DNA of 64,000 nt from Sphagnum compactum (taxonomy: Eukaryota), in the NCBI GenBank assembly GCA_965153455.1, contig OZ234493.1, positions 1,240,001-1,304,000 of the forward strand. Reading direction: 5' to 3'. Below the pieces are notes generated by a model. That model ran no database searches. It was not told the origin of the DNA and was given only the letters and a program-made list of their open reading frames with translations. This document shows positions 1 to 12,714 of the stretch, one piece after another (within the stretch, counting starts at the first letter, position 1; each line of letters opens with the position of its first letter). A program made the translations under genes and the position numbers.

Positions 1-64
1 GAAGAATTTAGCAGAAAGTCTAGGCATGCCACCAGGGCTCAGTGGAGGTCCACCTGGTGCCTAG
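1..64 (+). CDS. 3' end of a plastid YbaB/EbfC-family nucleoid-associated protein gene (STIC2-like); the gene starts upstream of the window
   Basis: Frame 2 reads KNLAESLGMPPGLSGGPPGA* with TAG at 62-64. This resembles the C-terminus of plant YbaB/EbfC proteins (LAQSLGMPPGL). Recognised from memory of the family on only 20 codons. Confidence 0.7.
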   Translation, partial: KNLAESLGMPPGLSGGPPGA

Positions 65-692
65 AAACATTGTATTTAACACCTGTCAACAAGTGGGGTC
101 CCAGTCCATGTGCTGCAAATTAGGATTCTAGAGGGCTCAAATTGTGCTCAATTTTGATGAGGTGGGTGGGTTTTGTAATTCAGAGTTTTGCAGTCAAATT
201 CCTCTGCTTCTCTGTCAGAATGAAAATTCTCTTTGAACTTTTTTGTTATGATATGATCCTGTCATTGGAGGATGTGCCCATTGCAGGATAGTATCATATC
301 CGTGAATTATGATATTCTTTTTGTAGAGTTATGTCATGGATGCAACTCTATTTTGGATTTAAAGAGAAAGTAGCAAGTTGCTTTTTGTAGAAAGTGAATG
401 GGGCTCCATGGCCATCATTGGACTGCATTCTTACTTTCAGCAGGGGTAATAGTGTTTGGGGTGCCCGTGGTTTTTCCTCAGAAGAGAAGTATGAGAGAAT
501 CTTGAGGGTGTTATTGACAATCATCCCTCTTCTTCAAGACCTAACAAGCTTAGGAGTTAGGTTCAAAGATATGTGGTGCATAGACTTGAATTGCAGACCA
601 GAGACGCAAAAAAGACAGGCACCAGGTTTTAGTAAAGTTGTGGGGTTGAAGGAATGCTCCCTTCAAGCTGTCCCGTGCATGGTGCCACAAGG

Positions 693-822
693 ATGACATT
701 ATGCCTTTCCATTGCCCAAGTTTGCAGTGTCAAAGTTACAGTGAGGATTCTTAGAGCATGACATTATGCCTTTCCATTGCCCAAGTTTGCAGTGTCAAAG
801 TTACAGTGAGGATTCTTAGAGC
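693..822. repeat. Perfect 65-bp tandem duplication
   Basis: atgacattatgcc...gattcttagagc occurs at 693-757 and again at 758-822. Confidence 0.95.
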
Positions 823-1119
823 ATCTCCACCGCAAACCTGGAAACAATACCTTTATGTTAAAATAGAATAGTGTTTAATGATCACTGTCCCCACCCACGA
901 ATGTCATAAAAGTCCCTTTAAACAGTCAAAGACCATTTATATCTTTACATCTGGACCAGTAATAGTCACTGTCCAAATCCATAGTAGAAAAAAGATTTTA
1001 AAGGGGTTAAAATGACCACTGCAAAATCGACATCAATACAGGAGCGCACCAGGATTTATGCCATCCTCCTGCAAGATTTAATAAAAAGGGGTGTTTGCAG
1101 GTGTGGGGTGGAGATGCCC
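819..1119. mobile_element. PIF/Harbinger-type (Tourist-like) MITE, ~300 bp
   Basis: Left end gagcatctccaccgcaaacctggaaac matches the reverse complement of the right end (gggcatctccaccccacacctgcaaac) with 4 mismatches. TTA flanks both sides (816-818, 1120-1122), the typical PIF/Tourist TSD. Confidence 0.88.
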
Positions 1120-1734
1120 TTACTCATGTAGTGGAGACTCAGGACTTCAGAGATCAATGCAGAACCCTGACTGCAATTTCTGTGATGTCTCAATCCCTGA
1201 TTTGCAAAAGCATACGGGGTTCTGGATTTGACTCTCTTAGTGAATGATGATGTGTGAGAATTTTCAATTCTTTAAAGAATTCATCGTGTTTTGATTCTGG
1301 CATCCAGTTTAAGTTGTACAGATTGTTTTCATTTTCCATAATACACACTCATGTACAATGTTGATATCATGGAAGCCCAATCCTTCAGAACTTCCGGCAA
1401 CCAATTGGATTTCTTCCCGAATTTAGATTTTTTTAATTCATGTGACCCCACCCAGGTGCGAGTTAAAAAATTCAAACCTTGGATTGAAAATAAGCAAACC
1501 ATCTTATGTGTACTCCACTGACCAATGTGCCCCTGTGCCCCACCCCCAAAACACAAGAAAAACAAGAAAGAAATGACAAAAGAACTTATGAAGCAGTTGT
1601 AATGGTGTTTGGGGAACCGATGAGATCATGGAGCATGGACAAGTCGACTCTGCTCTTAAATAGTTGGGAAAATACATGGGCATGTACACAATATATGTAT
1701 GGCAAGAAGTACCTTCCTGATCCTCAATACTTAC

Positions 1735-3730
1735 CAAGACAGACTACTGGCATCATCTGCTGTCATATTTCCCACCATGCAGGCAGTGCAACGAAACTAG
1801 TAGCTTGGGTGTCGTAGATCGTAGTGTTCCGAAAGAAGGAATTTGTTGAACCCGAGGGTGTGAAAAAAGCGCCATTCAAGAATAGGTCACCGGATGATGT
1901 CCAATTCCAAGTGTTTGCGGATCCAAAATCACTGCCTCCATCATTGATGCGCATAGTCACCTGCAAAGTGTGTTTCATAAATTGATCAGCGATGGACCCT
2001 AAATGATTCGTCATCATCAGATCGTTGCAGCAGAGGAAAAATAGAGCCCTCAGCTCGAGAAGAAGATAATATTATGTTGTGGAATCAACTTGATTGACGC
2101 TGTAGATTATAGTGGGTTTGTTGGCTCTGCCTTTCAGGGTAGAGAATTTATTGTGATGCACCCAGAGAAAGGGGGCAAAGTTTGGAATCCCTACATTCTA
2201 GGGTCATGTGGAGTGCACTATCAGAAACATTTCCAACATAACTGAAGCATCCACTTAGGCTTCACCATGCTAATCACCGTGTGTCAAATCCAAATTATGC
2301 TGAATATCTATCATCCTTATGGATGTCATTTCAAGGCTAGAGCGCCAGGTAGCTAAATCTTCACGTCTAGATCATAACCAGCTTGATTTGATCACGAAGA
2401 AGAAATCTTACCTCCTTCGAGGTGCTGACATTGGGAGCAGAGTAACGATTTCCCTCGCTGTTGATGGTGGGAGCCTCACTGCCTCCTACTGCATATATCC
2501 CCCATGATGCGTAGTCGTTGTTCACCACATGAAAGAACCCATGCCGGCATCTGCAATGTCGCAAAAAAAAGGGGGAGAAAAGTCTACGAAGTTGAAAGCT
2601 CATCAAGGGTTTAGGGTTTATCAAGCTCATCAAGCTGGTTTTTCGCAACATTCTTGAATCATGTGATTTGTTACCGTTTTATGGCATCCCAATGTCATGC
2701 GCCTCGTACAAGCAAGATCTTGAGATTGATTAGTATGTACCATGATCTAAGAAGTGAGCAAAAAAGAGCATGACAAATTACTGACTGACCTTGGCAGGCG
2801 CTGTGTGAGATTGGCTCCAAAATGGTTGAACGCAACTGTAACCCGCAAGTTGCCGTCCATAGTGTCATTTGGATGTGCACCAAGAAGCATCACCTGCACG
2901 CGTGGTTGCGAACAACAATGTGATTAGAATAAACGATTTCCTTCTGACCGGCAACTTGAGAGCAACATCCTCAGCAAGAAAGAAAACCGGATCACGCTTT
3001 CAAGCAATCGTTCACTTACCCAAGACGACCAAGAAGAACAAGAGGACAAGGTTTTGCGCACTGCACTTGCACATCTTATCATGGTCGGTGAAATAGTTGT
3101 TGGAAATGGTGATATCAGTTGATCCCATGATGACATCAACGAGTCCATCTGCGCAATTGGCGAAGTAGCAGTGATCAACCCAGATGTCCTGAGACCCGAA
3201 GATGTTAACAGCATCGCCGTCGGTTATTCCTCTTTGCCCGAAATGTGTGCTATTGCTTCGAACCATCGCAGGTCCGGTAAAGATGCAGTCGTGGATGTGA
3301 ACTCCGTGAAGGATGACGCGATTCAGGTACTCCAGCGTTAGACAAGCGCCACCGGCGATATGGATATCGAAGCCTCTGCCATCGATGGTCTTGAACTGGA
3401 CATGATAAGCTCTTCGTTGAGAGTCAGGTTCATATCGCTGGCGAAGATAATCCAGAGAGGCTCTGCCTGAGTAACACCGTAGCGCAACGTGCCTGGTGCG
3501 GGGTTCACAGTATCATTGTCACTGTTATCGGTAACAATATAGATCTGCCCTCCTTGTCCACCGATGGCCTTACTGCCGAAGCCGAGAGCACAGTCCGCAA
3601 GGCTTTGCCGGTTGTTTTCCCAGTTCGGATCACATCTCCAGCAATCGTCGATCGGATTTCCAGACCACAGCTGCTTTGGAGAACTGATTTTCTGGTGTAG
3701 TCGCGGATCCTTCCCTCTCTCTGCTCACTG
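1735..3730 (-). pseudogene. Pectate lyase (polysaccharide lyase family 1), probable pseudogene; exons ~3730-3075, 2893-2790, 2550-2412, 1960-1735
   Basis: Motifs [93 protein letters not shown]. Acceptors are AG and the later donors are GT. Lesions: 1-nt gaps at ~3663 and ~3396, AT instead of GT at the donor 3074-3073, and a probable frameshift at ~1778. The start codon and signal-peptide exon were not found. Confidence 0.9.
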
Positions 3731-4279
3731 CTGCACATAAACTCATATGTTATACTTGATTGCAGGTAAACTATCTACTCGGTGCTCTGGACATCGAAAT
3801 CCATCATGAAGGACGAGAATCGATGCGCGGTCACATATAAGGCCTAGAATGGAAAGCTCTATGCAAGAGCCGCTTGCAACCTAATACATGCAGCACTAGA
3901 ACAAATCTCACACTTTCTAAGGAACCACCGAAAGCACCTGCAATGAAGAGGTTGCAATTGTCTGTAATTTATGAATGATATTGCATCTTGTGCAGTATTC
4001 TCGTGTTAAATCGAAGCTTATACGGATCACAATGGTTGTAATTCTCACCGTTATCGCAATTGATCGCTACTGCAGCGGCGCAGGTACGTACTTTTCGGTT
4101 CCGTATTGGTCTTTACTACAACCGATAGCGACAAACGTCTTCTCTTTGCAGTAAAGATGACTTCGTATGTATAGGAAACGACTTCACTGCGCTGCAAGAT
4201 GAAAGAATTACTAGAAACAATTTATGTCTTGACTACGAATCTGAGCGCAATCTACAAACAATGACGAGCTCAAAAAGTA

Positions 4280-5030
4280 CTAATAGGTTAACTTAAGTAG
4301 GTTTGTCTAGGTTCTTAACTTTAGGTTTTTTGACAAGTCAATTTAGGTAGCCTCATTACAACATATTTTATCAAATTTGTAACCACCTCAACTTTGTGTA
4401 ACTAGATGAGACTATGAACGACTAAATGCGATCATGATGTAATTAGATGTGACATAATTATCTTAAATTTTTTTTAGCATAAAAATGTTTAAATTAACCT
4501 AGGCTAGATTAGTAAGTAGTATAGGTTGACAAACTAGTCCATCTTAAGTCAACATAGGGAAGTCTAGGTTTAAGCTAGGTTGGTAGGTAGTAGGTAGGTT
4601 GACCTAGGTCAATTTAGGGTGGTTAAGGTTAATTCAAAATTAAAAATTTTGAATTTTATAACTTTGTGTTAAATATAATTAATAAAAAAAATGTGGTAGT
4701 GTAATGGATAAGGACTTGAACTCCAAAGTGAAGGTGAAAGGTTCAAATCCTCGTTTTTGCAAACTATGATACTTAGGCCACTTGGCTTAAGTTAAGTAAA
4801 TTAATCTAAGCTTCTGGGCTTGGAATCCAACATTTGTTTTTAATTTAGGCCACCTAGCTTAAGTTAAGTAGCCTAGGTTGCCTAACAAAGGTAGTTAGCC
4901 TAACTAAATTAAACTATGTTGATTTTTGATTAATCGAATTAAGCTAAGTTACCTAACTTAACTAGGTTAGGCTAGGTTGACTTTTGGCTATGCTAGTTAC
5001 ATGGGCTAAATTAGGTTGACTTTTGGTCAT
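4280..5030. repeat. TAGG/TTAGG-rich low-complexity repeat, probably a non-autonomous transposon remnant
   Basis: Dense taggtt/ctagg/ttaagt motifs; GC and CpG content drop sharply right after the pectate lyase region. Confidence 0.55.
4692..4762 (+). other. Degenerate tRNA-like / Pol III A-box and B-box module inside a repeat (not a functional tRNA)
   Basis: tagtgtaatgg (A-box-like) and ggttcaaatcc (B-box) at tRNA-like spacing; no acceptor stem is apparent. Confidence 0.45.
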
Positions 5031-5771
5031 GTGCAATGACTCATAACATGTTTATAGATTTTTGACACATGTCATTCATCCATCAAGGTGTATTTTGTAA
5101 CACTTAGTCGAATAAAACGACAAAGTTGAGATGACATGCATTTTACCAAGGTTAATGATGACATGGAATTTCATTATTATTAAAAAAAAATCTTAATTGT
5201 TAAAATGATTGGGCTTTATAACTGAACATCCTTTACAACTAAATTGGGTGAAATGACATGCGTTTAGTAACTCATTAGTCACTAATTGCATATGTCCTTT
5301 CTGACTAGTATGTAGTTGTAAAGGCCAATCGCAAAACCCAAAATGTGTTGTTGCAAAAAGAACTAAAATTCAAATGTTGATAAATTATAGATATGTATAG
5401 AACATATGAATATTACACGAAAACTTGTAAATGTAGTAAAACAAACATGAACAACTACTAATTCACCTTACAAATTGAAGTAACTTGTGGGGGAATGCAA
5501 CCCCAGTTCTTGAAAGAAGAACTCTACCCATTACAACACAAGTTATTTGCAAAGAAACAAAAACCACCCCAACACCAAAAATATAAAAACCCAAGATAAT
5601 ATCAAAAGCTTGAGTAACAACATATGATGTTGCTGAAAAGTGGTGTGAAGTCCATAATCCAAGCATAAAACCTACACACAACAACAAAATCAATCATAAT
5701 GATGAAAAAAAATCAAAGTGCAAGTTTTGACTAAAAAAAGGACAACAAAATAAGATACCCATTTGACTTAT

Positions 5772-6690
5772 TTAATCATCATCAACCTCCAATTGTTCCA
5801 AAAAGTCAACCTCTTCAATTAAATCATAAATTTTTTCAGTTAGAACACATTCAGTTTTCATATGACCCTCAAAAGCAGTAATAGGCATGCAATTCAACCA
5901 TGGATCATCAGGCCAATTTTTTACAATCATGATTACTTGGTCTAAATTCTCCACTTGTAAGCAACAACACCACAAGGTTGTCAACACACCAACAAGGCTA
6001 AAAACACATTCAATTTCAATTTGGGACCCCAAAATTCCAAGGATTTGCTTAATTAAAAAGCCAACATTTGAAAACTAGTTTTCATGGCACCGCCACCAAG
6101 ATAAAAGATCTACACATGCAAATGCAAGAATAGATAACCTCCTAAATAAAGAAAGTTTTCTAACAATAAGAGCACGAAAAGATTCTTCCATGGATGCTCA
6201 AACATCAAACACGTTACCTTTTTCTTTTTCAAATTGAAAATTGGGCACATCAATAGTAGTTGCACATGCAAGGGAAGTAGGACTCAATCGGTCAAAATAA
6301 GCCATAAATAGTGGAATCACTACTTTTGCATCATATTAGAAGCAAGACGAATTGCTACACCATGGCCCACATAATTTTTTATAATTTGTAGAGATTTAAA
6401 ATGAGAATCCAACATAATGGCAAGCATATTGTGAATATTATGCAGATCAAATGTTTTGGAAAACAAGTAGAAAGGTCTATTCACCTTAATGATTTCCTAC
6501 CACATTTTTTTTTGCAAAGTGAAGAACTTTGAATCAAATTCATCCAAAATTTCAGATCATCACCAAGTCCCACAACCTCAACTTCCATGTTGAGTGAAAT
6601 CTTAACAATTGTAGTCAAAGCATCTAAAGGGGCCAATGCCCTCTTGATTGATTCATCACACATCCACTCACAACAAAGTTCAGGCAAGAA
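5772..6690 (-). mobile_element. Decayed hAT transposase, C-terminal part with dimerisation domain
   Basis: Translates to DLLSWWRCHEN*FSNVGFLIKQILGILGSQIEIECVFSLVGVLT...NLDQVIMIVKNWPDDP, with stops and frameshifts upstream. Confidence 0.8.
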
Positions 6691-6999
6691 GTAACACTAA
6701 AAGAAAACTAAGTTTTTGCAACCAATCAATTTGCGACTACTTGCGACTATTTGTCATTTGCAACTAATGTTGGTTATTTCTACAACTATTTTTTGGATTT
6801 GGTCGTGCTTGCAACTATATTCCAACTAACTTTTGACTAATGTTTTTTTCATCCTTTCATTTGGATAGTTTTAACATGTTTTTTATTCAAGAAGACTCCT
6901 TTATGTACCATTAGTTGCAAATGTGTCCAAATGAGTAGCAACCCTCCTGGTATTCAAAATGTATTACGTGTATTCTAAAGTGTATGGGTTTACAATGGT

Positions 7000-9300
7000 G
7001 TACTAAATGTAATCTACCCATTAATATATGATAATATATTATGATGTACATGTGTATAATATGGGTTATACACATTGATTTTATTCAAGTTATATGTAGG
7101 TTATATTTTGTACACAAACTATTGTTAAATTTTCAATCATAAAAAAATTCCAGCATTTCAAGAAAATATAATGTAAAAAATGTACAATTATCACAAAATC
7201 ATTAGAATTATAGTAGTTGTATATTAATTATACTAATTATTTTATTTATGATTGAATTTATATTCATAACTTCTAATTTATATTTCAATTTAGTATTCAA
7301 AATATTCACAATAATTTTATTGTAATTCAAGTCATTGATATAATTATTGTTATAATATTAATTTCATGACATGAAGCTACTTATAATTTCAAATAAATCA
7401 AATGTATTCCAACATAGACTATTATACTAATTATTTTATATTTGTTGAATAACAATAACATTAGTATAATTAATGTATGATTATTATAAAATACCAGTAA
7501 TTACTTTTCTTTTAGATTAATTATAATAGGCACATAATTTAAAATTCAGCTTATAATTATTATTTTAAAATTAAATATTTTAAAAATGAAAGTGTTACCA
7601 CTAAAATTAAATGAATAAATTAACTTGGAGAATTGTAAAAATTATATTATAGTATACTAGAATATCTAATTATGTATTTACAATATATAATTGTTATAAA
7701 ACATTAATTTTACTGCAAATTAAATATATAATAATAAAATAATTTACTTACTCTTTATTACTGCTCATTGATAATAAATAAATATTATTAAAACATAAAT
7801 TTTCACATTAATTAAAATGATGGTTTCCAATCATAAAAATTAACAATTTTACGTATTTACAATACTTATATTTTAATAATTGAAATTAAATTTCATATCA
7901 ATAACTGATAAGTTATGTCCAATAACTAAGATTTTTATTTAAATGTTTTATAATAATCTTAAAATTATGAGCAAAGTTAATGTAATTACTATATTTTTAA
8001 ACAAAAAGATACACTAAATGATTGTATGCATTACTCGTTATTTACTTATTTACAATAAATTTTTCATATAAAAACATTAACTTTTTTAGTCATAATAATT
8101 ATTTTATATTAACATAAAACTATTGTAATATCATTGCAATTACTTAAATTATTTGTAAGTTAGAATTACAAGATTTGCATAATTAGTTTATAATTGAAAT
8201 TAAATATTCGCAATTTATAATATATAATTTGTAACTTTAGTTCTTATTTAAATTTCTAGAAAAATCATAATTTTATTATAATTATCAATGCAATGACCAT
8301 AACTACATGGATTGTAATATAGTAAATTAAATATTTATTTCTTGTAAATAATTATCCATAATAAATAATTTATAAATAATTTTAAATCATATGATTTATT
8401 AATTATAATTTACACCAAATAATTATTGTTAGAACATAGATATTTATATTATGTAATTGATATTATTATAGTAAAAGAAAAAATTATTGTAATTAATGTT
8501 AGATTAATTTAAAATCAATATAATTACTTCAGATAAGAATTAATTATAATATTTGCATAATTATTTTTTAGTTGAACATATTTACTCACAATCTATAATT
8601 TGTAACTTTAAATCCGAATTAAAATTTTGGAAAAATATATGGAGTTAAAATAATTATTAGAATGATTGTAATTATAGGAATTTTTATACAATAATTTTAT
8701 TTTTTATTTTTAAAATTTTGTCATTGATTATCTATGATAAATTATTTGTATAGTAAATTTACAATAATTAGAAAAACTAATGTATGTTTAGGAGATTATT
8801 TTATTTATAGTTAATAATTACCAATAGAACAAAAACATTTACTTGACTGATAAAAGTTTTTATATTAATAAATATAAATGTACTGGGTAATTACTGTAAT
8901 TAGTTTAATATTATTTTTTAAATAAATAATTTGTGTAGGAATTTATTTTTTAATAGCAATTGTTAAATTGAGTATTTATATTCTGCAAATAAATATTTAT
9001 AATAGCAATTTTTTATAATAATTATTTGATTTACATTAATTATATTATTAATAATTCGACCAGATTTTTTAATTATTTAATTTATACATTTATCTATGAA
9101 TTATGTATTGACAACTTGTGAATAATTAGATAGCTAGTTAATTAAATATTAAAAATCAATTAGTTATTTAAGTAGGTGATAATGAATACCTAATATTTGT
9201 AATGTACAGTTTATATTTTAAATATATGCTAAATTGAATCATTATTAATTAAATGATTATTTAATTATTTAATTGTGTTCTGTAAAAAATTTAAACTAAA
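7000..9300. other. Extremely AT-rich non-coding tract inside the transposon nest
   Basis: About 2.3 kb made almost entirely of A/T, with no ORF of 60 aa or more in the track. Confidence 0.8.
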
Positions 9301-9519
9301 AACAAACGGCATGAGGAAAGTTTTGGAGTTGCAACTTAATTTGTGAGTAAGTTATAACTTCAAAACTTATCCCATATTGTTTGTTGTCCCTATTTTGAAC
9401 ACTAAATAAACAAGGGGTGTGGTTATCCAACTACACATTAAGAACTTTGTGCACATGGGATGACTCAATCAATAGGCTTAACCCAAAACAAAAAAATATG
9501 TATATGCACAATTTTAAAC

Positions 9520-9745
9520 TACCTACCTCCCCAACCTACTTATCTACCTAATTAAGTAGGTGCCTAGTTTGACCTACCTACTTAGGACGATGTACCTACC
9601 TATTTAAATACCTACCTATATGAGTAAGTATTTAACCTAAGAAGGAGGACCTCCCTATATATCTACCATTATATTTAAATAGGTAGGTAGGTAGGTAGCC
9701 TAAGTTTGTGGGCCCCTATTTACATACCTACCTAGGTACTTACCA
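9520..9745. repeat. (CCTA)/(TAGG) degenerate microsatellite-rich segment
   Basis: ctacctacc..., taggtaggtaggtaggtag. Confidence 0.6.
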
Positions 9746-10097
9746 ACTTAATGTTAATATTTTCTATGAAATTCATTTAAAAATGTCACGTGACATATTT
9801 ACATTGGGCCACATGTCATCATATAAGATTTTCCAAACATTTGAATTGAGCATCCTAGATTATTTCATAATAATAATAAATATTGGGACAAGTGGCAACA
9901 CATCATTTACCTTCAATTGTGACCAAAATAGTCGCATCTTACTTGCATGTGACAATATGTATACAATGGAATCAAAGGATGATTTTGTATTTGTTGAATT
10001 TTTCTTTCATCCAATATTTTTTGTTGTTTACAATTAATATTGCATGCAATTTGTCTAAGGCAACTAAAGGGATTTTAGTCACAAATGTCGCTTGTGA

Positions 10098-10790
10098 CTA
10101 AACTTTAGTCACAAAAACTGGTCGAAAATATGTGTTTTTCTTCCTACCATAACAAAGAAGGTTGGTTTTTTTGAATTCAAAACATTCTTCAAACATAATG
10201 ATTTTGCTTACAAATCTTGTTTTGACAAGTGTCTTGAGCTTGTGAAGTAACAACCTGCTTTCAACACAAGTTTTTGTCCACTCTTGCCTCCCCATCCCGG
10301 ATTTTTTTGTCCAACTAATTATTTTCTGTAAACTTATTTGGGCAATCATTCACACTCACTTGCTCCAACCCCATAGATCTTCAAGAAACTTTTGTTGTTG
10401 CTCATCGTGCTATTTGTAAGGATTTGAAGACCCACAAAAAATTGTGATTGCATTGCCAATAACTCCAACCCTTTTTTTGCTAGTTGTTAAGGTATGACAT
10501 AAGGGAATCACTTGAGTAAGTTGCTTCTTCTTAGCAGCAAGCAACTTGGGATGTGCATAATCAATGTGTGTATTCATAGGAGTCACCCCATTACACTTGT
10601 ATTTTATAAGCCCCTTCCATATAATAGAACAAATTTTTGGTCAAAACATTCTCACTTGTTTGTTTAGACCTGAAGATAATGCATATCAACATTTGTGGGT
10701 TCACAATGTCAATATGGAGGTTATCATTAACAACAAAAAAAATTTAGCAAATGGATGATTGATGGTGAGGCTTCCATAATGCAACTTGAG
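10098..10790 (-). mobile_element. Decayed hAT transposase, BED-finger-like N-terminus plus internal fragment
   Basis: GLIKYKCNGVTPMNTHIDYAH and AQISLQKIISWTKKSGMGRQEWTKTC...LKTLVKTRFVSKIIMFEECFEFK align by eye with the + strand copy at 12.7-14.9 kb. Confidence 0.7.
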
Positions 10791-11519
10791 TTTTTATAAC
10801 TGCAAGCTACACAACCTCTATTGTTGCTGCCACATTACTAGATGCCAAATTATTAACCGCCATGTTTTCAACATTTGAATTGTTGCCAACAATATTTAAT
10901 GTTGTCAAATCAGAGAATCGAAGTCAATCCCACCCACACTTTCAACAACATCAACATTAGCAACACCCCTTTTTGTCCTTCGACCATTGCACAATGAAGA
11001 CCTTACACCCTACTTTGCAAGATCATAAATAATAAGGAGGAAATACAACAATAATGGTATTAATACAAGACCTGACTCCAATTGTAACTATGGTTTCTGC
11101 ACATAAGAAAGGCTAACAATCTTTCCTGAGATGGATCAGAAGGAATGGTTGAAAACATATGCAAGAACATCATAGTAACAAACTTTCACTTCACCATACC
11201 CAAGAATGACAGCCTTGTGTGCAGTAGTAGCATCACAAATTGAGCTCTAAAACCTTATGAATGATTCCATCAAAACCATATTGTGTTGAACATGAGGGCT
11301 GAAAAAACACCTTATTCATTTTGCTACAAGATCTAGGGACTATTAAATCACATGTTGCTTCTTATGAAATGAGGATGCTCAATGATGTCAAAAAAATGCC
11401 GTATCAGAGGGCAACCAAATCAAACTTTCCTTCTCACCAAATAGTAGTTCCTTGATGCAATGAACATTTTCCTTATCAAAGCCATATCTAGCAAAAAAAA
11501 AAAAAAAAAAAAAAATTAC

Positions 11520-12620
11520 CTCCCAAGTTAGGAAAAAACTCATACAAGGATCGATGGATATTGACTTAGATTTTTGCTACAACCCCAAAAATATCATCAC
11601 AGAACATATGAACTAATTGACCACTTTGAGATCCATGCATGGTAAACATTGCAACATATTGGAAGGTAATTGGTAACATCTATGAGAGTTTAATAATGAG
11701 CAAAAATTGCATCAACAGAAAATGGGTATGGCTAAACACAATTTTATCAATATATTCAACCACCAACCACCCACATAAATCTCAAACCACACAATTTGCT
11801 AACAGGTCTGGTGATACCATAAGAACCAAACTACAACTTGATGCATATGAAAGAAGTGCCTTTGATAAAAACCTAGAATACCCATATTAACCAACAAGAT
11901 CAAACATTGGAAAACTTTAACATTGAGCCCTTACTTTATGCCTGATGGAACAAGGGAGAAGCTACTAACTTTTTGAGATCACTTTAAGGGATCCTTCACC
12001 CAATCTTGGTTTTAACAATGCTTATACTATTGCATTTCCATTTTGCTAATGCTCATTTTCCAAACTTAGCACATCATCATTTGTTTGCTTCACAAGATCT
12101 GCCCCACTAGTCTAGGGATTTTATTGAATGCACATTCATCTTAATCTAACAAAGCCAACCAATTTCAAGCCACCCAAATTTTCTCTAAAATCAAACTTTT
12201 TCAAAGGGAGTAAAAGGAAAATGATAAATGTATTAGTGATGGACAAATTTATGTGTACAAAGATCCCATCCCATACACCATTGTATAAACTTGAAGGAAC
12301 TACTCCAACATTATTCCATTCACAATTGGAAAGACCTACCAGAAATACACCAAGTACGAAACCATAATTTTCCTTTCTCTAGGAAATTTGCATATTAACC
12401 TCATGGTGCAAATTGGTCCCTTCATTAGACATGTAGAAAATTCATTTTATAAGTGATGGTAGAGGTGGTAAGTTTTGCATCATCTACACATCCAAGTTAG
12501 TAAAACCTTGATAGCCTTGATGATGTGCATGAAGTACAGTGGGGACAATGAAAAATATTACCTCCGTCTTTTAGGCTACATGCTATCCCCTTATTAGCAA
12601 GAGATAGTAGATCTAGATGA
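11520..12620 (-). pseudogene. Heavily decayed coding remnant, LRR-like followed by a possible Roc-type GTPase segment
   Basis: One frame reads PLKKFDFRENL...RLR*MCIQ*NP...LLKPRLGEGSLK...SFPMFDLVG*YGY...SCSLVLMVS...DLCGWL, with scattered stops. Assignment is by motif resemblance only. Confidence 0.3.
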
Positions 12621-12714
12621 TCAAATACATTAGAAATGTAGCAAATTACAATAAAAGTCCCTAAAATCCCTTTAACGTGAATCCACTTTCCACACCTAAA
12701 GTAAAACCATGACA

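Noticed and set aside
394..696. 100-aa ORF
   Set aside because: GTG start, no recognisable motif; it lies in the probable 3' region of the YbaB/EbfC gene.
3073..3074. U12-type AT-AC intron in the pectate lyase
   Set aside because: The 5' end is ATGTGC, not ATATCCTT, and the 3' end is AG; a G>A mutation is the simpler explanation.
3740..4200. Upstream pectate lyase exons
   Set aside because: Splice-like sites exist, but no open frame with a start codon or signal peptide could be assembled.
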